Shown here: piece after piece, positions 23,515 through 35,412 of the stretch
Layout of the letters: each line of letters starts with the position of its first letter
Numbering within the stretch: position 1 is the first letter of the stretch
Source: Eutreptiella sp. 'Long Island Sound 2002'
Lineage: Eukaryota; Protista; Euglenida
Direction of reading: 5' to 3'
Assembly: GCA_964036045.1 (NCBI GenBank)
Contig: OZ038378.1
Span: 168,330,001-168,394,000, forward strand
DNA: 64,000 bases
Program-made: the position numbers and the translations under genes
The notes under the pieces: generated by a model
Databases searched by the model: none
Told to the model about the DNA's origin: nothing
Seen by the model: only the letters and a program-made list of their open reading frames with translations

Positions 23515-26500
23515 TCTGCCGAGCATGTTAAGTCCACTTTGTAAAAGAATCAATTTGTATGCCATTTACTAGCCTCTATACCACACTACGCAAAAAATAG
23601 ATTTTTGTGTGAACGCCGAGGTTTTTCTTGAACCACACACTTATTGAAAAGGAAACAAACATTGCACAACATTTTTCGATCCGTGATGTTTGATGCATCT
23701 TCAAGAGGGTTGAGAACATGAGAAAAGAGATGGTTGCAGTATGGTAGAAAGTTACACAAATTTTGCCATTAGAATGAAACTCATTCATGCTTGATGCAAT
23801 TTGGAGCGTATTTAGATGCGGCAAATGGTTTTTTGCGAGGTTGCGTGCATATACATAAAGAGAAGTGGGAGTAGAATAGAGTGGGTGATGGAGGATGTGA
23901 GTCAATGTTTTCGATACAAAAATAGGGCCAGAGTTGACCAAGAAAGTGAGGTGGCTTTCTTTTTGGTAGACAAACATTCCCGTAGCAATAAATCTTATGA
24001 TACGAAGGAGGCCTTTTCTCCCCAACTACACAGCCAACTAGGCCAGCCTGGCTTCGGGGTACACAAACATATAACGGTATGGGGCTTACCATAGTTTTAA
24101 AAGTGCGTCAAGGGCACTATATTAGTTAGTAAGCACCATGAAAGACTCCATACTACAACATACAAGTGGTTAGGTGAGGTACCATGTCCGCACTCACTTG
24201 TGAAATTGCTTGCGCAATTGAAACTTTGCATTCATTTGTTTGGAGTTGGCATTTGTCACATTTGCATTTAGATATAATGGCAAAGGGACTATTATTCGTG
24301 CAGAGGGAACCGCAACCGCTGTTGCACTATGTTTTATTATGAGGCTATTTTCTCCAACTTTGTAATAAAAATTTGTTGAAAAATTGTTGCTCCGGCATGA
24401 AGATGAATGGGTTACGTGCTTCTCCCAAAATTTGTGATTGAGATTTGAAACAAAATTGCTTGCAGTAGCCCACAAATCACTCGCTGCTAAGGTAGCTTTG
24501 GAGCTGAGGCCTGCCAATTAGTTTTCGTGAATGGATAGCAAACTCTGCAATTTGAAATCAAACTTGGTGTGTGCCCGTTCCCCTAGATGGCATCGCTACG
24601 GCAGACTTGTTTGTAATACAATGAAACATTCAACACTTCCGTTTGCAGATAATAGGGACCTCGAATGTGCATAACATAGAAAATTACTTTTTTAAGTAAT
24701 CTTGGCATCAACGCGTTCATATTTGATGTTAACATTTCATGATTTCATTCATGATGTTTGATTGATGGATGCGAAACATTGTAGCACTTCGGAGTGTACA
24801 TCAATCTTTCCAAAACTGTGAATTAATTGTGTTAAAAAGCTGAAAAATTATGCACACCTCTTCACCAATACATACAAAAAATTGAACATACTTTTGTAGC
24901 TCTCATTAAACTAAACCACCTTGCAATAAAACTTCCAACTTTGATCGCAAACCAAAATTGCCAATTAAGTTTGGTTGACAACAAATACATGACAATGAAA
25001 CAACCAATGTGTCATGACTCCAGTAGGAAACCTATTCACCTACTCACCTATTCACACCTATTCACATGAACTAGGTTCTCTGAATTGTTGGTACCGGGCT
25101 TCGGATCATGATGAATATTTGCATCTGGACTAAACATCCAAAAACAGAACTAAATGAAGCACAGCACACAAGAGCATGGGAGGAAATTTGGCACCAGCCT
25201 ACTAACATGTTGGGCTCGGCCTTGCATGTGCCACCCAAATCTGCCGGGCACTACTTTCCTCTCCTTGAACTTTTAAATCCTTTCTTTGTGTGCACATCAT
25301 GCATGGAAAGCTTATTGATGGGGTATGGGACTGTTCGAACAGGTCATTGTCACAATCATAATGCAGTCCCACTGTAACCTGCATAATCTCCAACAGCCAT
25401 GTTTGGTGGCAGCAGATCTGGTCAATTTCAAAATCAAGCAGATACTGCAATCTGAAAATACATAAGATGGGCCGAAAGAGCATCAATGCAAGCAATCTTC
25501 ATCAACAGGGAAGGCTTCAAGCGGCATCATCAAAGGCAGCAAGCTTCTGAATGCAGTCTCAGGCATCCTATTGACACCAGATTGCGATTTCAGACAGCTG
25601 CCCAAGCCCAATCTCAGACTGAACTGGTTACGGATGTTGTTGTTGTTGTTGTTGAAAGCTGGCCAAGGTTACCATGAATTCCACAGAAGGGCAGAGATCA
25701 TCAACATGTAAGCAAAAATTGGGGCATCAAACAGGGTGAGTAAAATCAGGCAACCCCCAAAATATCTCTTAAAAGCACCACTCTCTGAAAAGGAGAGGCT
25801 CCCCCCCGCACTACTGTGCCGTCAGTTCCGAGCATTGTTGTTCATCCAGCTGATAGCCGCACACCTGGGCAAGGTTGGGATGCTGACGGCCACTCGGGAT
25901 TCAACTCAGACGGTGTGTAACCAGCCACCAAGTCATCAAGCATCAAAAAAAGTGGGGATAGAAAAGGCCTGAAGGAAGACTAATAGCAACGGGCAGGAAG
26001 GGCATCACCAAAAATGGTGGTAGGCTGCAAATGTCACCTCAATTGTGCACTGCCACAATTTACCCTGTTGATGGACAATTTCCCAACGTGCGTGGCAGGC
26101 ACCACAGGAAATGCGAACGCGAAACGGAAATGTAGCAAGCATGGAGCATTGGCATTTCAAATTATCAGATGGGATAGAATCATGGGTTCGAAATCTGCTC
26201 ATTTCTTGACAATTTTCTTGTCAAACAATTGCCAACAGTTGCTGAGGGGTTCCTCTCACGTAAAAATGGAGCGAAACATTTTTTGCCTGACCGAGCGGCT
26301 GAGCACCTTTGACCATGTAAATCGCATCCCCATGAAAATGGAACCTTTGTTTCCAAGATGATGGCAGGAATTTCTTTATCCACAGAATTCTTCGCTCAAG
26401 TTGCCACAACCACAACTTGCAAGGTGTTCAGCGAAGCGCGTACATATTTGCAGCACCTGCAGCACATGCTTGACACCGCTTCTAGCGCAAACATAGTACC

Positions 26501-29340
26501 CAGACGTTCTTGCAAGCGGAACGGCAGGCGTGCTGAAACTCCCAGCCACTGCGCAACCTGGTTGTAGAATCCTGGATTGGTGGAATGCAAGCTGCATCCA
26601 TTGGTGAAGTGGCGTTTCAGCGGACACTGACTGCATCGCTCCTATGATGTGTAACGCATGTGCATTCATGCATTATTCTTCATTTTGTTGCTGGCAGCTT
26701 GACCCCCTGCAATGTACCATAAAAGGCAGCATGAGGTACTGAGGACTGTCGTCCATTGCACATACGTGGCATTGAATTGTGGTTGGTCACCGATGCATAG
26801 CACCAGACGCCTCAACCTGCTTAATTAATTTGACCAGGCCAACCTCAATGCCCTCAACCCCTCAACAACATTCAACAACATAATGTGCACACATAGGTCT
26901 GTAACTTTGCAAACTTGGCAAGCACCCTAAAAGCCATGCTTACCAGACTCAATCATGGCAACCGAAGGTCGGGAAATACACAAATTGCATCGTACAGCCC
27001 TTTCGACGTTTGTGCTGTCGAATAAGCTCAGAAATACAAGTACTTGAAGCTTGACCAGGAAATATCGTTGTGCACCCTCATGCTCAGAACGAGGCTCGCC
27101 CCAATGGGTTTATACCGTGCATTTCCGCATGGAAAGAGAGTTCAAAGAAATACTGGTGGCAACCAAAAATTCCAGATTGACCTTTGGCTGTGGCTAAGAT
27201 TCGGTTGCCACAATGTGTTGCTGTGAGAACTGTGCCAGACTGCTGCATGAAGGATGGTGCATTGGTTTCAAAGCTGAATCAGTGGAACTTGTGACAGGGC
27301 TTTAACCCGATCCGCTGTGAGAATTTCACAATCGAATGTGTGGATTTAAAGCTCAGCGGAGGAGAAGCTTCACACTGGCATTCACACAGGTCATGACCGT
27401 CTGGTCGTCTCTTCTTTTGGGGCAATGCCGTTCGCACTGTGATTGGGGATTGGACTAGAACACTACCAATTCAGTCGACAAACGGTCATCAGACTGCTGA
27501 CCCCGACTTTGGCCTTATCCTCTCCGATAAGTACCTGTCAGACAACAGGTTCCTTCAAACTGGTCGTGAAAGACATGCCCAGACGTATCAAAGCGCTGGT
27601 AACAAATTTTGTTCCCAGTGTTCGAGTGGAATTACATTGGAATACGAATAACATTGATTGATATGACCGTAGCGAAATATGACCGCACCGATGGCTTGCT
27701 TGGCACATTCCAATGCAGGGGTGTCGGACAATTGGATTGGAGGAATCTCCTCTCCAAATCTCCGTGAAATCTCTGTGAGACTTCGAAGCAAATACTTTGT
27801 CCATGAAGATCCATAGAGCCATTGGATTATGGTCCTCGAGGTCAATACACATGCATAAAATGTATACAACATATTATAGATTTGTTCCTTAAAATCCCCC
27901 AATCGACGAGCGTTCCATGTGCATGCATAATTGCTTTGCTTCTCAGGACTCTCATGTCTTCCAGACGTTTGGACGTTTGTGTTTTTGTAATGTGTCAGTA
28001 TTTGTGTCTTGCTTGTGGGTGTGCATGCTTTGTGATTCTTGTGGTTCGATGCAGAAAGCAGGCACAAATTTCGGGTCATCTTGGCAAAATTTGTGAGCAA
28101 ACTCGATGAGGCAGGTCGCAGTGGGTTTTCAGGGAATTGGACGATCTTGAGTCCTGCATAGGACAGCTATCAATTCAAAATTGTTCAAAGACAGCACAGG
28201 AGAGACTGGGGCAACTTGCAGGAAACACACATTTTGGGGCAAAAATTTGATCACATTTTCTGCGAATGCAGTCTTTTTTGGGGGGGGGGGTTGGTAGCCC
28301 CATGGTGCACCCTCAAGCAGCCCTGTTCACCTCTGAAATGGTTCGGTTTTTTCCGTTTGAATCTGTGGAGTCAACTGAGGTCAATCATAAAATCCCAAGA
28401 AAGGTCAGGTTTCGCAGCTTGGCAATCAACCCTATGGTGACCCGCTCAGCATTGTGGTTATCCCCCCATGTCACCCTGCTGTATCCAAACCTCGTGGCGC
28501 ACAAACCAACTCACCCCCATGTATCTGTTTGTACAAAAGATTACAATCAACCAGCAGGCCTCAACCGGTACCCGGTTGCCTTTGCATTGGCTTTGTCTTG
28601 GCAAAAAAAAACCGCAACGGTGGGCCTGGTGATGACTACAAGCGTATCTGCTGCTCATCTCTCGGGTTTCAAACTGCAGCACAGCTGAGCCCATATAGAG
28701 GCCTCAGCCTAGTGTGGTGGCGATTTTTCCACATACACTACGAACCCCACCTCCACCATCTTTACCCGCACCACCATTTTGACGCAGCAGTGGGGCAATT
28801 TTTCCATTTGTCGGACATACTGTGGGTATTGGATTTGCCGCAGCACAGGGTAAATGCCTCAACGATGGCTTTCAACACGAAGAATTGCATCAAAAATTGC
28901 GCGGTCGCGTCGAGGGATGCGCTCCGATGCACGCCAATCAGGCCATAATCATCCTTCTGCAGGTTCTGCATGGCGACTGTCTGTGGTTGGCTTGGGGGAG
29001 TCAGGGGGGCGGGGGGCCATGGGGCTGCACAAGCTCCAAGCGTTGCACACTCTGACCAAAACATTCGCTGACTGAGCATCGGGGGAACGGTTGCCCGGTA
29101 CGCGTGCAGTCTTATCGGTGTGGAAACTCCCAAAGCAGGGCCTTCGTTCCGACACCCCGAAAAGCTCCTGTGGGCCGAATTTGAGATCCATGGGTGTGCG
29201 GGGTCCACGGCTGGCAAATGGGGTGCCCGACGGCACCGCCGGGACCCTGCGAAGGGGGCTGGGAAGGGGGGGTCATTCGTGCAGAGATAAGATTACCACA
29301 GGTATCGCCGACCATCAAAAGGCTACCACCACAGTGCCTG

Positions 29341-29581
29341 CAGCGCAGTGCTGGTGACAGCCAGAGCAGGTGCTCAAGTACCAGACCACGCTGCACCCGC
29401 AGCATTGAACATGTGCAGAAAAAGTGGAAAATTTAGAAATTTGTCACTCCTCCTGCCCACTCTGGCAGCCCCGTATTACAGAGCGTGGGATTACGATTCA
29501 TCTTCTTCCAGAGTGGAGTCCAATACGTTGCTTTCCGGGGAAGAGCGGCTGCACAGCGCACACGCGGCGGCGCGTTCGTGA
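29341..29581 (+). CDS. Possible terminal exon of gene 2 (...YDSSSSRVESNTLLSGEERLHSAHAAARS*)
   Basis: cctgcag| acceptor followed by about 80 open codons in CpG-rich coding-like sequence, converging on the transporter stop at 29887. Confidence 0.3.
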
Positions 29582-29886
29582 CAGCCATAGCGACGATCAC
29601 CCGCTTTCACCGGCCGACTTCCCGGGATTTGCAAGCTTGTGACTCACTTTGGGGAGTTTTGAGTCCATCAGCTGCAAGTGTCGGGCAAAGTGCCGGCGCT
29701 GGCATTGTAGCGGAGCACTGTCATTAGGAATGTCACGAGCGCGCCGTGGGTGTGTCGTGCGAAGTTTCGAGTGTTGGTGCTTCCTTTTTATTTGATATTG
29801 CGCACAACCACTGCGTACTGCAGATAGTACCAGATAAAGCAAAAAGAAACAACAAAAACCAATACCCACAGCAGTCCTGGCCGCCG

Positions 29887-30006
29887 TCATAAGCCATCTT
29901 CTCGATCCGTATAATCAATCATCCCGAACAGCGGGTCATTGTCAACGTCACCCCCGTCAGAGTTCTCCTCTTCAGCTCTCGCCTTCCACTTGTCCAGCAC
30001 CGGCCC
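29887..30006 (-). CDS. Transporter terminal exon (GPVLDKWKARAEEENSDGGDVDNDPLFGMIDYTDREDGL*)
   Basis: tgtttag| acceptor, phase 0, acidic tail, TGA stop; a small intermediate exon near 30470-30520 is possible. Confidence 0.7.
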   Translation of the reverse strand, partial: GPVLDKWKARAEEENSDGGDVDNDPLFGMIDYTDREDGL

Positions 30007-33000
30007 CTAAACATGATTACATCGGCAGTGGGAAAGCTGCGGGGAACAGAAAACACGGCATCTACAAAAAGCAGTGCACAAGTACGTAAAGCCAGCCAGA
30101 ACTCCAGACGTAGAGATACATGCAATCAACACCTGTTCACCCCATGCCATGAAAAGTCGGGGTCTGGAAGCATCCAGGAAAAAGAGGCGGGGCATGATGG
30201 TGTAAAATGGCGAACAGAATGCTGTGGCCGGCGGGGATGGGGCAGCTATTTTCCAGCATGCATCAGTACTGGCAAACCCCCATTACCCTTCAATTCGTTG
30301 TTGCAGATTGGTGGAGAGGGAAATATGGTCAACACGATTGGTGCATACTTATGTTTGCAGGCCCTGGATATCTACTACATCTTGCCTTCTTAGAACCCCC
30401 CTCTGTCTGTTCACATGTGTGTGTATGCGTCTGCATGTGGGTGGGAGGTGTGGGGAGCATCAACTCCAAAGGCTTATAAACATCTGCCTTTTCGTACATC
30501 TCCACAGCTATGAAGTCAGTTCGCTGTTGCAAAAGCGGTTAACTGCAGAGTGAGGCAACAGGTTAACCTGCCCTTGTACCCCATACATTACCCATAGCCT
30601 CATTCATGTTAAGGAGGAAACGAGACTATGGAGGCCCAAATCACTAGAGTGCCAAAGGTTGGCTGCAGAGTTAGGGAGCAGGTCACTCTGCACCTACACC
30701 CCAAGGTATGCAGCACAGTAGAGGGATCGGCAAGAGACTGAATCTGTTTCCAATATCATTCCGTGGCTGCCACAGGCCAGCCGCCCCCCTGTGTGACATT
30801 CCGTCTGGTTGTTGTTCCTTTACGGGGCCCTGGACAGTCACCCGTTCTTCCCTTTGCATGTTGCGTCGGGTTGCTGCCCCCCCCCCCCCCCCCCTTCCTC
30901 CTCCCATTGCACGGCGTTTGATTGGACAATGGCATGTAATGGAGTGCCCTGTCGGACACATGAACGGGCCTACTTTTGGCTGTCTGAGCGAATGAAATCC
31001 AACTACCTCCCCCCCCCTTGTCCTAGCTACGCTAAAATCCCAAATTAATACGGTCCCTACACCTACTGTAGCTTGGACAAGGGCGTAGCTAGGACAAAGG
31101 GGGGCGGGCTACAACCTTGCAACCGAGGACAAACTCAAACGACACACAATATCTGTGGCTCCTTGTGCTCCCTTTTTATGAAGGCAGGGTCTTGCCATGA
31201 TAAATTAAACAGTACCCTGTATGTCGGTAGCCAGACCGGCACCCTAAGGCAGATTAGTCTGCGTTCCTTGGACGTATGGTCCCGCCGCAACATAGGACTT
31301 ACAGGCCTCCATGTGTAAAACGTTAGTAATGAGCTGACAGTGCCATTTAGTGCACGGGTGCTAAAGGGTGGGTGGATTGTGTTGACCCCTAACACCACAG
31401 GCGCCCAACAGCCCACTGTTGCACCAGAACTTGCGGCTAGGGAGTGGGTCGTTTGCACCGTGTTGCACATATTCTCCCTGAACTTGGTGTGCGCCACTCA
31501 AGCCAGTCACCCAGCTGCCCCCTCATGGAAGGAGTTGTTAGGGGGATGTGTACAACACTTTGAAGAATTTGGGGCTAGCTAGGCATTGGGACCTGTCCAG
31601 TACCGAAAATGCTATGCTTTACAGTCCCTGTCCAGGGCATAAAAATACCAGGAGTCAACGCATTTGGAGCATTTTGAGAAGGGCCACACGGGAGCATTCC
31701 CTCACAGCACATAGTGGCGCGGGAGGTTTTAAGGGGAGGGGTAGAGTGCAAGGCCAGCTGTGGGGCTCCTGCGTTGTAGCAGCCGTACCAATGTGACGAC
31801 AAGCACTGCCCTGTGGGGAGCTATGCACAGGTCGTGGGGGTGGTGGGGCAGGTTTCGGGCGGGAGGACCTGGGACCTGGGAAGACGTGGTGTGGTCCAGG
31901 TGTGGTTGTGGGGGGTTTTCGTCAATCTTCGTCTGGATTTGTCCGTTTCGCTCGTGTCCTGCCTTGCTCACTGAGCTTTTCCTGAGCTTTTCCGCATTTT
32001 CCGAGCCAAGAGCTGGCGATAAGTGCAACACTATGGCTCGATGGAATGCCATGGGCCATTGGAGGGTAGGAAAGCATCTTTTTGGTCAATTGGAAGCACT
32101 AGGTATGCCCCACAATGAAAATCCTCAAATACTGGATAGTAATCCTGAATTTTGGACCAAAAATGGCCAGTTGGGTGACGCAGTGAAACGTTGTTGTTGA
32201 CACTGGGAGAACTTGGGTTTTGAAAGTTTTCTCTTGAGGGATGGGAAAAGGATGCAGGTTGGCAACAATAGCCCGAAGTGTCGGCTTGTGATGATTATCC
32301 AAATCTGGCACCTACTCGGAGATAGTACCTAGGGCCCTGCCATTGGTAAGGGACCCCAAAAGAAGAAAGAGATGTAATGGGACCTGGGTTTAGATCAACT
32401 TAGCTGCAATAGGCCAACCAATTTTGGCCCACCATAGTAGAAGAAGAATTGTTGGCCTCTCACATTGGCGCACAATCACACCAAGAATGTTGAGAATGGC
32501 ATGCCTATCTTTGTTAACAAAATGAACGTGTTCGGTCGAGGAATCAATCGGGCCTCAATTCATGCTCATACTTCACGTTCACGGGGGCTCCGCATTAGGG
32601 AAGTCGTGAAAAATGAAGGACAGGTGTTGTGCAGCCCCCCATTACCATTGCAAGATGTAGCAGGTGGGCTAGGTCAGGTTCGAGATGTGTATTTGGTCGT
32701 GGGGGAGTGGAGGGGGCGAGGTAATCGTACCATTTGGTGTTCACAAAATGCCGCGCAACGGGAAATTGGAATGGTCCAGACTTAGCAAACAAATGGGGGT
32801 GTGGTAACGTGCAACCCATAGTCGGGAATATGGCCAATGTGTACCTTGTGATGCCATATCTCAGTGCTTTTCAAAAGTTGCCAAGCTGGCGCATCGTCTA
32901 CTCTATTTAATAGCCAGATCGAACATACACGCACCATAGGTATATGTGCCTTCCTATGTTCAGTGCTAGATGGAAGGTAACACACATGAGACAATTTCTT

Positions 33001-35375
33001 GGGATTTGTGTGGATGGTCCCACAACTCACGGGACTGCACTAAATGCACCAACACCTTGCTGCATCTAGTCCAAATACTGTCCATACCCAGCGAACCTGT
33101 GTATGAGACCTGGTCAGAGAGCTTGGTCACCGTCTGCAAATGGACGCCTTTTTTTTGAATCAGGCACATCGATTCTAAGGGGCGGCAGACACAAAGCTTG
33201 CCCAGAAATGCACACGGCACTGATTCATCATGCGGATGCACAGACATTACCGGAGGCGCCTTGTTGTTTTGATAAAGTACAATGGCAGAGAATATGGTGT
33301 AGCACCCACAGAAAAATAGAATCGTTGGGGTGAAAGAAAACAGGATGAAGGACAGGAAAACGGTCAGCAGCAGGGCCCCAGCGTGCGCAAAGACATTCGC
33401 GATGTTGTCCAACACCTGAAAACGGTAAGAAGATGATGAGAGTCATGTGGGTAAGACAAAAGGATGTACATGTGGCGCACACGCTCAGCCACCAGGGACT
33501 TTCCTCTTCTGTGCAGCACAAATGGACCAGCAAGAATGCGACGAGGCTCTCGGCTGTTACGTAAAGGAAAATGCCTCAAGAATATCCGAGTGAGCAGGAT
33601 CACTTTTTCTTTTACCTCAAAACCACACACAGCAGGAAATTGCCCCAGCACACCGAAGAGTTATTCTGGGATGCGGGGGGGGGGGTTGGCACAAGGCCTT
33701 GGTGGTTGGCTCTGTTAGCCTGTGGCGGTGCCTATTGGCCTCTCGCCCTTGAACCTCCTGCTATGACAAGCAGGCATCCGCACTACTGCGGGCATCCGCA
33801 CTGCCGCAGGCATCCACCTGCCTGGGTGGGAATCCAGAATGCAACTTCTGCCCACGGCGTCCTCCCCTGACGGCCTGATCAGTGCCTGGTATGCGGTCAT
33901 CGCGAAGACCGCACGCTGGGAAGTGCTCACCACAACCAGCAACGTGAATGTCACACAAGGCCATGGGTGCTAGCTCACCAATACGGCAGTGCCCAGTCCA
34001 TCTTCAGGGACCACCCCCAACACTACCGGCCCATGCTCAACTGTCTACTGCAGGCCACCCTGCAGGCAATGCAGTGCAACGGAGCTGTGGCTGGCCCTCA
34101 TGCTCTACCAGGCCTTCCTTTGCCGAGGCCTACCTGCGAGCTACGCCTGTGGTACGCTCTGCGCCATTTGTGGTAAGCGCGGTCTGCCCTGCCCTGATTG
34201 CACCAGCCATGCTCCGCTGCCAGGGGACCCCACGCCCGGTTGCACTCGGCCCCACTCCCCTTCCGAAGTGTACAACTTTAAAGGGTGGAGGAAGATGTCC
34301 AAGGGAGCCCCATGCCCAATCACACTCCGGCCCAATCTACATTGGGGAAGATGTCTAGGAGCCAACTCCCCTCCCACCGTCACATGCTCAGTGCCCCGAG
34401 CAGGCATCCGCACTCCTGCGGGAATCCACACCGCTGTGGGTTGCAGCGGCCTGGGTGTGATGTACAGGTTCTCCAACAAGAACTCTTGGGACAAACAGGT
34501 TCTCCAACAAGAACTCTTGGGAAAACCAGGTTCTCCAACTCCAAGGTACATACAGGTTCTCCAACAAGAACGCCTGTACCTCTACTATGACGAGGAGACA
34601 TCCGCACTACTGCGGGCATGCCCGCACTGCCACAGGCATCCATCTGCATGGGCGGGAAATCCAGGACAAGAACTGCTTGGAAATGTAGGTTCTGCAACAA
34701 GAACTCCTCTCCCTCTGCTATGACGAGCATGCATCCGCACTACTGCAGGCATTAGCACTGCCGCGGGCATCCACCGAAAGACCGGTTCTCCAACAAGAAC
34801 TCCTCTCCCTCTGCTATGACGAGCAAGCATCCACAATACTGTAGGCATCCGCACTGCCGCGGGCATCCACCTGCCTCTGTGGGATCGTCGCGCCCCTCCG
34901 GCGCTTGCAAGCCCCTGTTGATGGGGCATCCACGTCTTGCGTGGAATCGGGGGGGTGTAAACACAGCCTTATTGGCCTCTCGCCCTTGAACCTTCTGCTA
35001 TGACAAGCAGGCACCTGCGCTACTGCGGGCATCTGCACTGCCGCAGGCATCTACCTACCTGGGTGAGAATCCAGACTACAACTTCTGCCCACAGCATCCT
35101 CCTGACGGCCTGATCAGTGCCCAGTATGCGGTCATCACGAAGGGGGGGGGGGGTATGGGGGAGTATTGCAAAAAAAAAAGTGGTCTACACACTGTGGACA
35201 CTGTCTGCTACAGATAGACGCAGATAGACGCAGTATGCTAACTCTAGATGGACACTGTGGGCAGGTGATATTTTCTACAGTGTGAGGCGAGAAGCACCGA
35301 ACCGTACACGTTCACAAAAATGGTCCAATGACACGCTTACCTGTGCACATAGGGATGGCTCTATTGCTCCATGGC

Positions 35376-35412
<37 letters not shown>

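Noticed and set aside
28820-29669. Minus-strand gene MDSKLPK|...KDDYGLIGVHRS... suggested by a GTGAGT donor at 29648
   Set aside because: The chain could not be extended, and it conflicts with equally plausible plus-strand readings; left unresolved
29733-29918. ORF MAYDGGQDCCGYWFLLFLF... as a separate membrane-protein gene
   Set aside because: It overlaps the transporter terminal exon and 3' UTR in another frame, and no consistent downstream exons were found
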